A DNA stretch of 64,000 nucleotides from Candidatus Binatia bacterium (lineage in GTDB: Bacteria; Desulfobacterota; Binatia; Bin18), in the NCBI GenBank assembly GCA_963666315.2, contig CAXXHG010000043.1:695375-759374 (forward strand), written 5' to 3'. The notes under the pieces were generated by a model. It was not told where the DNA came from. It did not search any database and was given only the letters and a program-made list of their open reading frames with translations. Positions within the stretch are counted from its first letter, which is position 1; every line of letters begins with the position of its first letter. Of this stretch, positions 9,269-18,770 are shown one piece after another. Position numbers and translations under genes: made by a program.

Positions 9269-10777
9269 TTATGACGTATCCTTTGTTGCCCAGGCTTTGG
9301 CCCGCTGCAACGCCTTTGCCCAGCCTGCCTTTAACTCCTCTTTATGCTCTAATGACATATGCGGCTCGAAAATACGCTCCACCTGCCACTGGCTTGCCAG
9401 CTCATTTTGATCCTTCCAATAGCCGATAGCTAATCCGGCTAAGTAGGCTGCGCCGAGTGCGGTCGTTTCGGAAATCTGCGGACGAACAACAGGAACCCCA
9501 AGGACGTCTGCCTGAAACTGCATGAGGAGATTGTTCACTGTAGCTCCTCCATCCACGCGCAGTTGTGTGAGATGTAAACCAGCGTCTGATTCCATCGCCG
9601 TCAAGACATCCATGGATTGATAGGCGATACTCTCTAAGGCCGCCCGCGCAATATGAGCGGCAGTCGTACCTCGGGTCAGGCCGAGCAGAGAGCCACGCGC
9701 ATATGGGTCCCAATGCGGTGCGCCAAGACCGGTAAAGGCCGGGACGAGGTATACACCGTCTGTGTCTGAAACGCTCGCCGCCAGCGCCTCGACCTCGGAA
9801 GACGATTTGATGATACCCAGCCCGTCACGCAGCCACTGCACGACTGCACCAGCGATAAACACGCTGCCTTCCAGAGCATAGTTTGTCTGTTGGCCTAATC
9901 GCCAAGCGGCCGTTGTCAGGAGGTTGTTTTGAGAAGCGACGGGCTTAAGCCCCGTCTGCATGAGCATAAAGCAGCCCGTACCATACGTGTTTTTAACCAT
10001 ACCCGGTGTCGTACACATCTGGCCGAACAGCGCGGCGTTTTGATCTCCGGCAATGCCGCTGATGGGCAGCGACGCGGTCAAGAGGTCGGTTGTTGTTTCG
10101 GCATAGACCTCACTGGAAGTACAGACTGTGGGCAGCATGGGTCGAGGAATCGTCAGGATGTCGAGTAACTCCTCATCCCACTCACCGGTCTGCAGATTGA
10201 ACAACAGCGTCCGCGACGCGTTTGTGACGTCGGTGATATGTTTTGCCCCGTGGGTCAGCTTCCAGATCAACCAGGAGTCAACCGTCCCAAAGGCAAGCCG
10301 TCCGGCTTCCGCCTTGCGACGTGCGTCTGGAATAGTGTCCAAAATCCAGCGGATCTTGGTGCCCGAGAAATACGGGTCGATTACCAGGCCGGTTTTGTCC
10401 CGAAACACGGCTTCCAGGCCGTCCTGCTTCAGTGTATCGCACACGTCTGCGGTACGTCTGTCTTGCCAGGCTATGGCGTTACAGACTGGCTGACCAGTTT
10501 CTCGATCCCACACTATGGTTGTTTCGCGTTGGTTGGTAATACCGATAGCGGCGATATCTTTTGCGGACATGCCAGCCCGGGCGAGCGCTTCGGTTATCAC
10601 CGAAGCCTGTGACGACCAGATCTCATTCGCGTCCTGCTCAACCCAACCGGAGTGTGGGAAAATCTGAGTCAACTCTTTCTGCGCAATTGCACGGATGGTT
10701 CCAGAGTGGTCAAAGATAATGGCGCGTGAGCTTGTCGTGCCTTGATCCAGGGCCAATATGTATTGGGCGCGCTGCAC
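9269..10777 (-). CDS. glpK: Glycerol kinase
   Basis: [48 protein letters not shown]. Confidence 0.95.
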   Translation of the reverse strand: MQRAQYILALDQGTTSSRAIIFDHSGTIRAIAQKELTQIFPHSGWVEQDANEIWSSQASVITEALARAGMSAKDIAAIGITNQRETTIVWDRETGQPVCNAIAWQDRRTADVCDTLKQDGLEAVFRDKTGLVIDPYFSGTKIRWILDTIPDARRKAEAGRLAFGTVDSWLIWKLTHGAKHITDVTNASRTLLFNLQTGEWDEELLDILTIPRPMLPTVCTSSEVYAETTTDLLTASLPISGIAGDQNAALFGQMCTTPGMVKNTYGTGCFMLMQTGLKPVASQNNLLTTAAWRLGQQTNYALEGSVFIAGAVVQWLRDGLGIIKSSSEVEALAASVSDTDGVYLVPAFTGLGAPHWDPYARGSLLGLTRGTTAAHIARAALESIAYQSMDVLTAMESDAGLHLTQLRVDGGATVNNLLMQFQADVLGVPVVRPQISETTALGAAYLAGLAIGYWKDQNELASQWQVERIFEPHMSLEHKEELKAGWAKALQRAKAWATKDTS

Positions 10778-10984
10778 GCGTCTTTACTACCATATCGTCG
10801 AGACTGACAGCAACGCTGGGCTGGCTCTGCCTGTCTGCCCGATCGGTCATGTCCGTCCGAGACTTGGACTCTTCTCTGTGTATGTAGCAAGTCTAAGGAA
10901 GAGAAAAAGCCGTGTGTTTCTCACCGTCTAGATGTCTCGAAAGCTGATTTCTGCCCTTGGCATTCATTTTGTTCTATCCCCAGC

Positions 10985-11164
10985 ATGGCAACAATCCGAA
11001 AATGGGCCAAAATGATTCTCTTTGTCTGTTTGACTATTCTGTTATGCCTCTTGGTCCCTCCTCTCTATGCCGCAGAGTCCGGCTCGTCAGACCGGACAGC
11101 AGAACGGCCGTTGGCAGCCCCTTTCTTTTTCCCTTCCCTATGCACGTCCCAGCTTTTCCGATAA
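10985..11164 (+). CDS. 59-aa ORF with a Sec-type signal peptide (small secreted protein or 5' gene remnant)
   Basis: MATIRKWAKMILFVCLTILLCLLVPPLYA-AES...; just below the ORF-track length cut-off. Confidence 0.4.
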   Translation: MATIRKWAKMILFVCLTILLCLLVPPLYAAESGSSDRTAERPLAAPFFFPSLCTSQLFR

Positions 11165-11249
11165 TCGCCCCATCCTTTTCCGCCTGTGTATAGTTGAGCC
11201 GTCCGCTCTATTCCCGCATGTAGGGAGCTGTGATACAGCGGGTAGCCTT

Positions 11250-11477
11250 ATGCCGTCTGACTTTTTTCGAGGGGTGAAAATAGGCGTCGGGTTTGCCGTT
11301 GGGGCTAGCTCTCTATTCCTGTTGATGATCTTTGGTATTGCGATGTGTGCCGGACATTTCCAGCAGCAGATGATCCAGGAGTTGAAGCAGCAGCTTGAAG
11401 AAATCAGGCCCCAGGATGCGCCGGACACGGACTCGGTGCGCTATTCGGAATTTTTGTCGGAATTTTCGTCTTCTTGA
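11250..11477 (+). CDS. Small single-TM hypothetical protein
   Basis: MPSDFFRGVKIGVGFAVG...LFLLMIFGIAMCAG followed by a coiled-coil-like Q/E-rich segment. Confidence 0.5.
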   Translation: MPSDFFRGVKIGVGFAVGASSLFLLMIFGIAMCAGHFQQQMIQELKQQLEEIRPQDAPDTDSVRYSEFLSEFSSS

Positions 11478-11531
11478 AAAATGGCAGGATAGCGGCGACC
11501 GGGAGAGGACTGCGGCGGCCGGGAGAAAACT

Positions 11532-13619
11532 ATGGAATACTTTTGCGGGCTGGATACCGGCGGAACATTCACTGACTGCGTGGTGATGGATGCCGATGGG
11601 CGGATTACGATTGCCAAGAGCCCGTCTACCCCAAACGATTTTGCAGTTGGATTTTTTAACGCACTGGAAGTGGCTGCCGACAAATTGGAGTTGAGCCTGG
11701 CCCAGCTCATGTCGCGGACCAAAATGCTGCTGCATGGCACAACGGTCGGCACGAATGCCATCGTGCAAATGCAGGGCGCGAAAACCGGCCTGATTACCAC
11801 CCGCGGCCATCGAGATGTCTTGATTATGATGCGTTCTGTGGGACGCTCGGCCGGGCTGCCGATTGAAAAGCTGCTGCACGTGTCTCGACATCAAAAGCCT
11901 GAGCCCATCATTCCTCGGACGTTGATCCAAGAGGTCAGTGAACGCATAGACTGGAAAGGGGCGGTGTATCTCTCGCTCAACGAAGACGAAGCGCGCCAGG
12001 CTATCACCTCTCTGCTCGCCCAAGATGTTGAGTCTATCGCCATTTCTTTTCTGTGGGGATTCCTAAACCCAGCCCATGAGTTAGCGGTCAAGAAGATGGT
12101 CCAGGAGGCTGCTCCTGGCGTGTTTGTGACGTGTGCCCACGAACTGATTGCGAAACCTGGAGAATATGAGCGGACTGCCGCAACCGCTATTAATTGTTTT
12201 ATCGGCCCGTCTTCTTCCGGATACATCCAGCGCGTGCAAGAGCGAGCCAAGAGTTTGGGTTATGCGCAGCCGCTCCTCATCATGCAGGCGTCGGGTGGCG
12301 TGGCGACCGTTACCGAGGCTGCGCAAAAGCCGCTGTTTACCATTGGGTCCGGGCCGGTGGGTGGCATTATTGGGGCGCAGTTTCTTGCTGGGACGCTGGG
12401 TCACAAAAACGTCATTGCCTCTGATGTGGGTGGCACCAGCTTTGATGTCGGTATTATTAACGAAGGCCGTGCACTGACCTCATCAGAAACCATTCTCAAT
12501 CAGTACACCTTTTTCATGCCCCAGCTCGACATTGTATCTATAGGCAGTGGCGGTGGTAGCGTGATCTGGATCGACGAGCTGAGCAACACGATGCGAGTCG
12601 GACCACAGTCGGCGGGCGCTGATCCCGGTCCGGCTTGTTACAACCGGGGCGGGAAAGAGCCGACTATTACCGATGCCAACCTCATTCTGGGCTATCTGAA
12701 TCCGAAGAACTTCCTAGGCGGTAAGTTTGCTCTTGATGCACAGATCTCGCTGCAGACAATGCAGCCGGTCGCAGACCGGCTGGGTATGGACGTGGTTGAA
12801 GCGGCCAGTGGTGCGGGCCAGATAGTCGAATTTCACATGGCTGACCTGATGCGCCAAATGACAGTCCAGCGCGGACTCGACCCGCGAGATTTTGTGGTCT
12901 ACGCCTATGGCGGTGGTGGCCCCGCCCATGCCGTTGCCTATTCCCGCGAGCTAGGCTGCAAGACTGTAGTCGTGCCGTTAGGCTCGGTGGCGTCGACCTG
13001 GTCGGCGCTGGGCATTCAGTCCGCCGATATCCTGCATGTATACGAGAAAGCAGAACTCCTCATTGCGCCGTTCGATCATGCCCGGCTCAATGAAATTTTT
13101 GCCGTGCTTGAAAAACAAGGTCGGAGTCAACTCGCTGAAGATGGTGTTGGGCCGGAACATATGCGTTTCTTGCGCTATGCGGATATGAAGTTTCGTTTGC
13201 AGATCCATCGTGTCGAAGTTCCTGTGCCCGGCGGGCTGCTCACGGCACAAGATGCCGAAATCTTAATGCAGACGTTTAGCGACCAATACGAGACGCTGTA
13301 CGGCAAAGGTTCCGCGTTTAAGGATGCGGGTATGGAAATCGGCGTACTGCGCCTCGCTGCCGCCGGTGGCATACCTCGGCCACGCTTGCAGAATCAGGCC
13401 CAGAAAGCGGATGCGGCTGTCGTGGGAGAACGCGACGTCTACTGGCGAGAGCTGCAACGTTTTACGCCGACACACGTCTACACCGGCATGTCGCTGGCTG
13501 CGGGGAGTCGGATTGACGGCCCGGCCATCATTGAGATGCCGGAAACGACCATCGTCCTACGACCTGATAGCATCGGACAGTTGGACGCGTACGGGAATTT
13601 TGTGATTGAGCTGCAGTAG
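11532..13619 (+). CDS. Hydantoinase/oxoprolinase A subunit (acetone carboxylase beta-like)
   Basis: DTGGTFTD, HGTTVGTN, SGPVGG, DVGGTSFD, GPQSAGADPGPACY. Confidence 0.92.
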   Translation: MEYFCGLDTGGTFTDCVVMDADGRITIAKSPSTPNDFAVGFFNALEVAADKLELSLAQLMSRTKMLLHGTTVGTNAIVQMQGAKTGLITTRGHRDVLIMMRSVGRSAGLPIEKLLHVSRHQKPEPIIPRTLIQEVSERIDWKGAVYLSLNEDEARQAITSLLAQDVESIAISFLWGFLNPAHELAVKKMVQEAAPGVFVTCAHELIAKPGEYERTAATAINCFIGPSSSGYIQRVQERAKSLGYAQPLLIMQASGGVATVTEAAQKPLFTIGSGPVGGIIGAQFLAGTLGHKNVIASDVGGTSFDVGIINEGRALTSSETILNQYTFFMPQLDIVSIGSGGGSVIWIDELSNTMRVGPQSAGADPGPACYNRGGKEPTITDANLILGYLNPKNFLGGKFALDAQISLQTMQPVADRLGMDVVEAASGAGQIVEFHMADLMRQMTVQRGLDPRDFVVYAYGGGGPAHAVAYSRELGCKTVVVPLGSVASTWSALGIQSADILHVYEKAELLIAPFDHARLNEIFAVLEKQGRSQLAEDGVGPEHMRFLRYADMKFRLQIHRVEVPVPGGLLTAQDAEILMQTFSDQYETLYGKGSAFKDAGMEIGVLRLAAAGGIPRPRLQNQAQKADAAVVGERDVYWRELQRFTPTHVYTGMSLAAGSRIDGPAIIEMPETTIVLRPDSIGQLDAYGNFVIELQ

Positions 13620-13637
13620 CCTTGAAAGAACGTCATT

Positions 13638-13680
13638 GGAAGACTGCGAAGATTTGGAAGATTGAGGGAATTTCGAAGAT
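13638..13680. repeat. Degenerate 9-bp tandem repeat (GAAGATTnn)
   Basis: ggaagactg-cgaagattt-ggaagattg-agggaattt-cgaagat. Confidence 0.5.
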
Positions 13681-13691
13681 AAGGAAAGAGC

Positions 13692-15959
13692 ATGTCTCAA
13701 CAAGAGATCAAATGGGATGGACGAACCTATCCCTATATCCCGAGCAAAGAGCTGAATATTGATCCGAGTCTCAAGCTCCACTCTCGAGCCGCCGATACAG
13801 TCGATCCTGTGACGTATGAAGTGCTCCGGCATGCCATGTGGAATATCAATGTTGAGCACGGCAACACCATCATGCGTATTTCCGGATCCCCCAGCTGCGC
13901 GTATGGGCATGATTTCAATCCCAGCCTGCTTGATGAAAAGGGCGACTTTGTGTTCTTTGGCCCGTTTCTCCAATATCTCTCGTCTGCAACCGGATCAGCC
14001 GTCAAGTGGACACTGGAGAACCGCTCGGACAATCCGGGCATTCAGGACGGCGATATTTTCCTGACCAATGACCCCTGGGTGGGGGCAACACATCAGTCTG
14101 ATGTGGCACTCATCGCCCCGATATTTTGGGAAGAGGAACTGTTTTGCTGGGTGGGGAATACCCTGCATCAATGGGATTTGGGCGGCACTGCGCCGGGTGG
14201 ATTTAATCCCATGGCAGAGGATATTTTCTGGGAGTCGGGTTGCATCCCGCCGATTAAGATTGTCGAGCAGGGCAGGCTGCGTAAAGACCTGGAAGAAGAA
14301 TATATACGCCGCTCGCGTATGCCTCAGCTGGTTGCGCTCGATCTGCGCGCTGAGATTGCGGGCTGTCATGTGGCCCGAGAACGTTTGCTCACCTTAGTGA
14401 CTCGTTATGGCGCACCGACGGTCAAAGCCGTGATGCATAAGCTTCAGGACGACTCGGAAACCGCATTCTTGCGGCGGCTGAGAACAATTCCTGATGGGAC
14501 CTGGCGCGAGTCAAGCTGGATTGAACTTAAAAATCCCAGCGATCGTGGGCTGTATCGTAACGCGTTAACGCTCACGAAAAAGGGCGATACGCTGACCTTT
14601 TCCAATGCGGGCAGCGATCCCCAAGCGGGGACGCTCAACTGCACCATGGTGGCTTGGAAAGGTGCTATCGCGGCGATGATCTGCTCCCAGATGCTGTTTG
14701 ACCAAATGTTTGTGGTGGAAGGCGCCTATCGGCATATGGAGTTTGATGTCACGCCGGGCACAATTACCTGTGCCACGTTTCCCGCTGCGGTGTCTGCCGG
14801 CCCTGCCTTGAGCTTACTCCAAACCATTGCCCTGTCTGGGTTAGTGATTTCGAAAATGCTGGCCTGTTCCTCAGATGAACAGCTGCGCAGTGAAGTCCAG
14901 AGCTGCATGGGGACCGCCATGTATCCAGTATCGGCGTTCAGCGGAACGGATCAGCGCGGTGCACCGTACGCATCCTTTTTGCTCGACCCGGCAGGCGCGG
15001 CTCTGGCTGGATTATCGTGGAAAGACGGGGTGGATACGGGCGGCTGGCCATGGGATCTGCAAAGCACCATGCCCAATGTCGAAGATAACGAATGGTTTTA
15101 TCCCATCCTGTATTTGTGGCGGAAAGAATTGGTTGACTCCGGCGGAGCTGGCAAGTTTCGCGGCGGCAATTCTGGCGAGCTTGCCTTTGTGCCGCACGAC
15201 ACGGATCGGATTACCTTGTTTACGGCGGCCGGACACTGCGCCGTTCCAGGGCCAGGACTGCACGGCGGCTCCTCGCCGGCAACAACCCGCTTTACCATGC
15301 GGCGCGGAACACAGATCGACGAGCAAATCGCACAGACCGGGCATATGCCGTCGAGCATGAATGAGCTCCAAGGCCGCAGTGAAGCTATTGCCCCCAAAGC
15401 ATTCAATGTTCCACAAGAACCTGGTGATGCGTTTATCCTGTCCTGGGCCGCAGCCGGTGGATATGGTGATCCGCTAGAGCGTGACCCCGAGCGTATTATG
15501 CAGGATATTGAACGAGGAAACGTCACGCGGGAATGGGCACAGACAGCCTATGGCGTCGTCTTTGATGACCACGGGGCTATTGATACCCAAGCGACGCTGG
15601 AGCAACGGATGTCACTGCGCAAAGCGCGGCTCAATGCTGCGTCCCCGCAGGAACATCAGCACGTGGATCTCGATACCGCAAGACAGATCGCAGAGGGTTT
15701 GGTGCTGGCTGATGACAGTATCGGCTGTCGGAAGTGCGGCGTACGCATTGCCAAGACAACGGAGAATTACAAGCTCTCGTGCGCAGTGATCGAGCAACCT
15801 ATCACTGCGGCCAATCCCTATATCCTCGATCCGAAAACGTATGTGGACGATGATATGGTCTTGCGCAGTTACGCCTGTCCGAGCTGCGGGCTACTGCTGA
15901 CGACTGAAATGGTGCGGCCGACCGATCCGCCGTTGTGGGATATTCAATTAAATGGCTAA
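13692..15959 (+). CDS. Hydantoinase B/oxoprolinase subunit with C-terminal acetone-carboxylase-gamma-like Zn domain
   Basis: NDPWVGATHQSD, HQWDLGG, DSGGAGKFRGG, GGYGDP; C-terminal CRKC...CPSC. Confidence 0.9.
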   Translation: MSQQEIKWDGRTYPYIPSKELNIDPSLKLHSRAADTVDPVTYEVLRHAMWNINVEHGNTIMRISGSPSCAYGHDFNPSLLDEKGDFVFFGPFLQYLSSATGSAVKWTLENRSDNPGIQDGDIFLTNDPWVGATHQSDVALIAPIFWEEELFCWVGNTLHQWDLGGTAPGGFNPMAEDIFWESGCIPPIKIVEQGRLRKDLEEEYIRRSRMPQLVALDLRAEIAGCHVARERLLTLVTRYGAPTVKAVMHKLQDDSETAFLRRLRTIPDGTWRESSWIELKNPSDRGLYRNALTLTKKGDTLTFSNAGSDPQAGTLNCTMVAWKGAIAAMICSQMLFDQMFVVEGAYRHMEFDVTPGTITCATFPAAVSAGPALSLLQTIALSGLVISKMLACSSDEQLRSEVQSCMGTAMYPVSAFSGTDQRGAPYASFLLDPAGAALAGLSWKDGVDTGGWPWDLQSTMPNVEDNEWFYPILYLWRKELVDSGGAGKFRGGNSGELAFVPHDTDRITLFTAAGHCAVPGPGLHGGSSPATTRFTMRRGTQIDEQIAQTGHMPSSMNELQGRSEAIAPKAFNVPQEPGDAFILSWAAAGGYGDPLERDPERIMQDIERGNVTREWAQTAYGVVFDDHGAIDTQATLEQRMSLRKARLNAASPQEHQHVDLDTARQIAEGLVLADDSIGCRKCGVRIAKTTENYKLSCAVIEQPITAANPYILDPKTYVDDDMVLRSYACPSCGLLLTTEMVRPTDPPLWDIQLNG

Positions 15960-15969
15960 GGAGGCAACA

Positions 15970-16407
15970 ATGCCCCAAGAACAGACTTATGTTGCGACGA
16001 TAAAAAAATATTACCACGGCTGCAGCACGGCTGACGTAGAGCTGATGAAATCCACGTTTACGGATGACGTGGTGCACTATTTTACCCACCACGCTCCCAT
16101 TCGAGGAGCAGAGTCTTTGGCGACCTTTTGGGCCGAGATGCAGCCGCGCATCAAGGCGACGTGGACGTGTGACCATGCCATTGTCCAAGCAGATGAGTGC
16201 GTTATCGAATGGACGATGCAGTGGACACCGCCGTCGGGACAGGCCGAACTCATGCGCGGTGCGGAGTGGTTCATTTTTCGCGAAGATAAAATTGCAGAGA
16301 TTCGTGCTTACTATATCAACCGTCATCTACCCTACGAGCAGCCCAATTTTGAACTAGAAGAGTTCCCGTATGCGGAGCGTGATTATTCGGTATTACCAAG
16401 CTCGTAA
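15970..16407 (+). CDS. SnoaL/NTF2-like protein
   Basis: 'FTDDVVHY', 'VIEWTM', 'RGAEWFIFREDKIAEIRAYY'; RBS AAGGAGG. Confidence 0.85.
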   Translation: MPQEQTYVATIKKYYHGCSTADVELMKSTFTDDVVHYFTHHAPIRGAESLATFWAEMQPRIKATWTCDHAIVQADECVIEWTMQWTPPSGQAELMRGAEWFIFREDKIAEIRAYYINRHLPYEQPNFELEEFPYAERDYSVLPSS

Positions 16408-16442
16408 GAAGAGATTTCCCTCTTTATCTTTTCGTCCTCAAG

Positions 16443-16487
16443 AATCCCCTCGCCCCTTTTGGGGGAGAGGGGTAGGGTGAGGGGAAT
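16443..16487. repeat. REP-like hairpin (CCCCTC...GGGGAGAGGG...GGGTGAGGGG family)
   Basis: Same family as the hairpins inside 33095-33274. Confidence 0.65.
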
Positions 16488-16510
16488 CTGAACAATTTGT
16501 TCCCAAAGTC

Positions 16511-16648
16511 GACCGTGCCTGAATACACCAGCACCGAGCCGCGCGGCATTTCGGCATAGGTGGTTTCTTCTTCCTTTGCTTCTCGGTCCTTAGGCCAAGC
16601 AGGACTGCCTGGCACAACTTGGGTCGCGCCGTTTTCCTGCGTAAAATC
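16511..16648 (-). pseudogene. Internal fragment of a phytanoyl-CoA dioxygenase (PhyH) family gene
   Basis: Translates DFTQENGATQVVPGSPAWPKDR...AEMPRGSVLVYSGTV; no start or end. Confidence 0.75.
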
Positions 16649-16658
16649 TATCAGCCTT

Positions 16659-16690
16659 GTAGCCTGGATAGAACGGAGTGGAATCCGGGG
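16659..16690 (+). repeat. GTAG-type REP element
   Basis: GTAG-CCTGGAT...AATCCGGG palindrome with 5' GTAG tetranucleotide. Confidence 0.65.
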
Positions 16691-16705
16691 AATGCGGGCT
16701 GCAGT

Positions 16706-16949
16706 TTATTCGCTACAGGTGTAATACCTCGATGCTTGCTTCGTTTCCTCTCGCTCCCCACGTCGCGAGCGAACTTCCTGCGTAAACTCTTCCCAGTCCA
16801 GCAAAGATTCACCACGAGCAACGATTTTCTGCCGGATTTTCCAGAGCCGTTTTGCTAATGGGGTACGTGGTATGGAAGCTGGGTGCCCCGGAGGAAGAAA
16901 ACTTCCCTTCTTCAACAGAGGCGGGCGCAGGCGAAATATCTTCATCCAT
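16706..16949 (-). CDS. Small hypothetical, antitoxin-like (possibly frameshifted near 16875)
   Basis: 'PRTPLAKRLWKIRQKIVARGESLLDWEEF..EVRSRRG' resembles small TA-associated proteins; start uncertain. Confidence 0.4.
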
Positions 16950-17062
16950 TTCTCTATTGTACGGAGACAAAAGAGAATGAAAACACTACGGTTGACCACT
17001 GTTTCTGATAACATTGGTGGCTTGTCGCCTTCATCGCATATACGCTATATTCCAAGTAGCCA

Positions 17063-17729
17063 ATGAGCCGCCTTGCTGGGCGGTCGGGCCGCGAGGAGGA
17101 CCGGGGAGTGGCGTTCATGCATGGTCAGGATGGCCGGTCCGTAGTGGGCGAATACCATCAGAGCGGCTTCCCAGTGGCCGGGGACCTGGCGGTCGGTGGC
17201 GCAGGCCGGGCGGTCCGAGAGGGGCCGGCGGGCTTTCGAAGAAGCGGACCGGAGAGCCGCGCTTCTTGCCGCGCCCGCCGCGTTTGGATTTGGCGCGGGG
17301 CAGATAGAGCCGCCAGCGGTCATCCTTGGTGCGCGCCAGTTGTGCATAGAGAAACCGGTAGATGCTCTCGTGGCTGATCACCTGGCTGCCGGGCTCAACC
17401 GCCAGCCGGCCGGCCACCTGCTCCGGCGCCCAGGGCCTTGACGCGCAGCTCCTTCTTGCGTTCCAGCTTCGAGCCGTTCCACCTCCGGGCGCAAGCCTGC
17501 TGATCGGCATAGGCCGGGGTGTAGGCCCCCTGGGTGCCCTGGTTCCGCTTTATCTCGCGAGCAATGGTCGATGGCGCGCGATCCACAACTGCTGCAACTT
17601 GCCGGAGCGAGCTCCCCGCGCCTTGAAGACCGGCAATCTTCCACCGCTCCTCAACTGAAAGTTGTCTGTATCTCTTGTCCATGACAACACCTTATCCAGC
17701 TCGTGTTGCACTTGGTTTGTGAATCTAGA
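17063..17729 (-). mobile_element. IS30-family element, truncated and frameshifted
   Basis: MDKRYRQLSVEER...RAPSTIAREIKRN HTH, WAPEQVAGRL, ISHESIYRFLY and GHWEA in three frames; IR TCTAGATTCACAAACCAAGTGCAACA at 17704-17729; GC higher than flanks. Confidence 0.88.
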
Positions 17730-17770
17730 GAATCCAGGGGAGAGGGGCTGGGGCGCTGAACGTACTCCAG
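17730..17770 (-). repeat. Partial copy of MITE family A cut by the IS30 end
   Basis: Reverse complement GGAGTACGTTCAGCGCCCCAGCCCCTCTCCCCTGGATTC aligns with 36567-36606. Confidence 0.65.
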
Positions 17771-17788
17771 GCAGTCTCATTATACATT

Positions 17789-17962
17789 TTAGGGTATATA
17801 GTAAAGTTTGAACATGGCTACTATGAAGCCAATAGTGACTAGGATTGTTCGTGCATAGGCGAGCAAGTTATTAATCTTAGCCATTCTATTATTCTCGCGA
17901 GCGAGTTCTGTCCGTTCTTTAGAAAGATCGGTAAGCAGCACTGCCATTTCAGATTGATTCAT
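17789..17962 (-). CDS. DUF202/YidH-like small membrane protein (57 aa, possibly truncated)
   Basis: MNQSEMAVLLTDLSKERTELARENNRMAKINNLLAYARTILVTIGFIVAMFKLYYIP; 3 bp from the upstream stop. Confidence 0.55.
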   Translation of the reverse strand: MNQSEMAVLLTDLSKERTELARENNRMAKINNLLAYARTILVTIGFIVAMFKLYYIP

Positions 17963-17965
17963 CGG

Positions 17966-18325
17966 TTAACCACCTACTTCGGCGTCTTTGTCTTGGATAC
18001 GTCCGATTCTATAAAAGTCCACAATACTAATCAGGCAAGAAATGATTAATACTGCAGTAGCTGTGTTTAGTAGCTGAGCTTCAGTGCCCGTCGGTTGTTT
18101 TGATAATAATTCTGAAATTGCTGCAATATCTGGTTGGACTTCACCGCCTTGGATTTTGTCGACTATGTGTAGAGTCCGCTCTAGCGTCTTTGTTATCAAA
18201 TAATAAAGCCCGGCACCTGCACTGCCGGCTAAAACGACACCGGGAATATATTTCTTCAAATGAAAATGCCCAATGCCGAGAAATACAAGAGCCGATAAGA
18301 GGGCTGCTTTCGTTGACTTCTTCAT
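17966..18325 (-). CDS. Membrane protein (DUF5683/TM2-like N-terminus)
   Basis: 'KAALLSALVFLGIGHF' motif and three hydrophobic segments. Confidence 0.7.
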   Translation of the reverse strand: MKKSTKAALLSALVFLGIGHFHLKKYIPGVVLAGSAGAGLYYLITKTLERTLHIVDKIQGGEVQPDIAAISELLSKQPTGTEAQLLNTATAVLIISCLISIVDFYRIGRIQDKDAEVGG

Positions 18326-18736
18326 TTATCTCACACGGTTTCCGACAATTTTTTCGCCAAGTCTGGCCCCTACTAAGGCGAGGGAAAAGGCAATCACTCC
18401 GCCCACTAACATTTTGGTAAGACTGAAATGAATGAAACTGTAGGGTGTAAAAATGGATAAGCACAACATAATGGATACAGACAAAAATGCGCCGGCTGCT
18501 GGTTCACGAATTCGAATCCCTGGAGAAATCAATCCGATGATGAAACCGCCGATAAAAAAGCTGACAAGGTTGAGTAAGCCTTGCAGAATGAAATACAGGC
18601 TACGTGATAAGAACCTGCCTACAACCATGTTGCCTATGAGTCCTCCCAAAATCAGTTCTACACCAATGAAAATGGCTACGCTCGCAAACATCCATTTTTT
18701 TGAAAAAGACTGCTCAATTGGCTCATTCATTTGCAT
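18326..18736 (-). CDS. Four-TM hypothetical membrane protein
   Basis: Four hydrophobic helices; abuts the next gene. Confidence 0.7.
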   Translation of the reverse strand: MQMNEPIEQSFSKKWMFASVAIFIGVELILGGLIGNMVVGRFLSRSLYFILQGLLNLVSFFIGGFIIGLISPGIRIREPAAGAFLSVSIMLCLSIFTPYSFIHFSLTKMLVGGVIAFSLALVGARLGEKIVGNRVR

Positions 18737-18770
18737 CTGCTTATTTCTTAGAAATATTGTTGGCTCAATC

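Noticed and set aside
10958-10973. sigma54-like TGGCAT-N5-TTGTT
   Set aside because: The -12 GC is missing and it is too close to the putative start.
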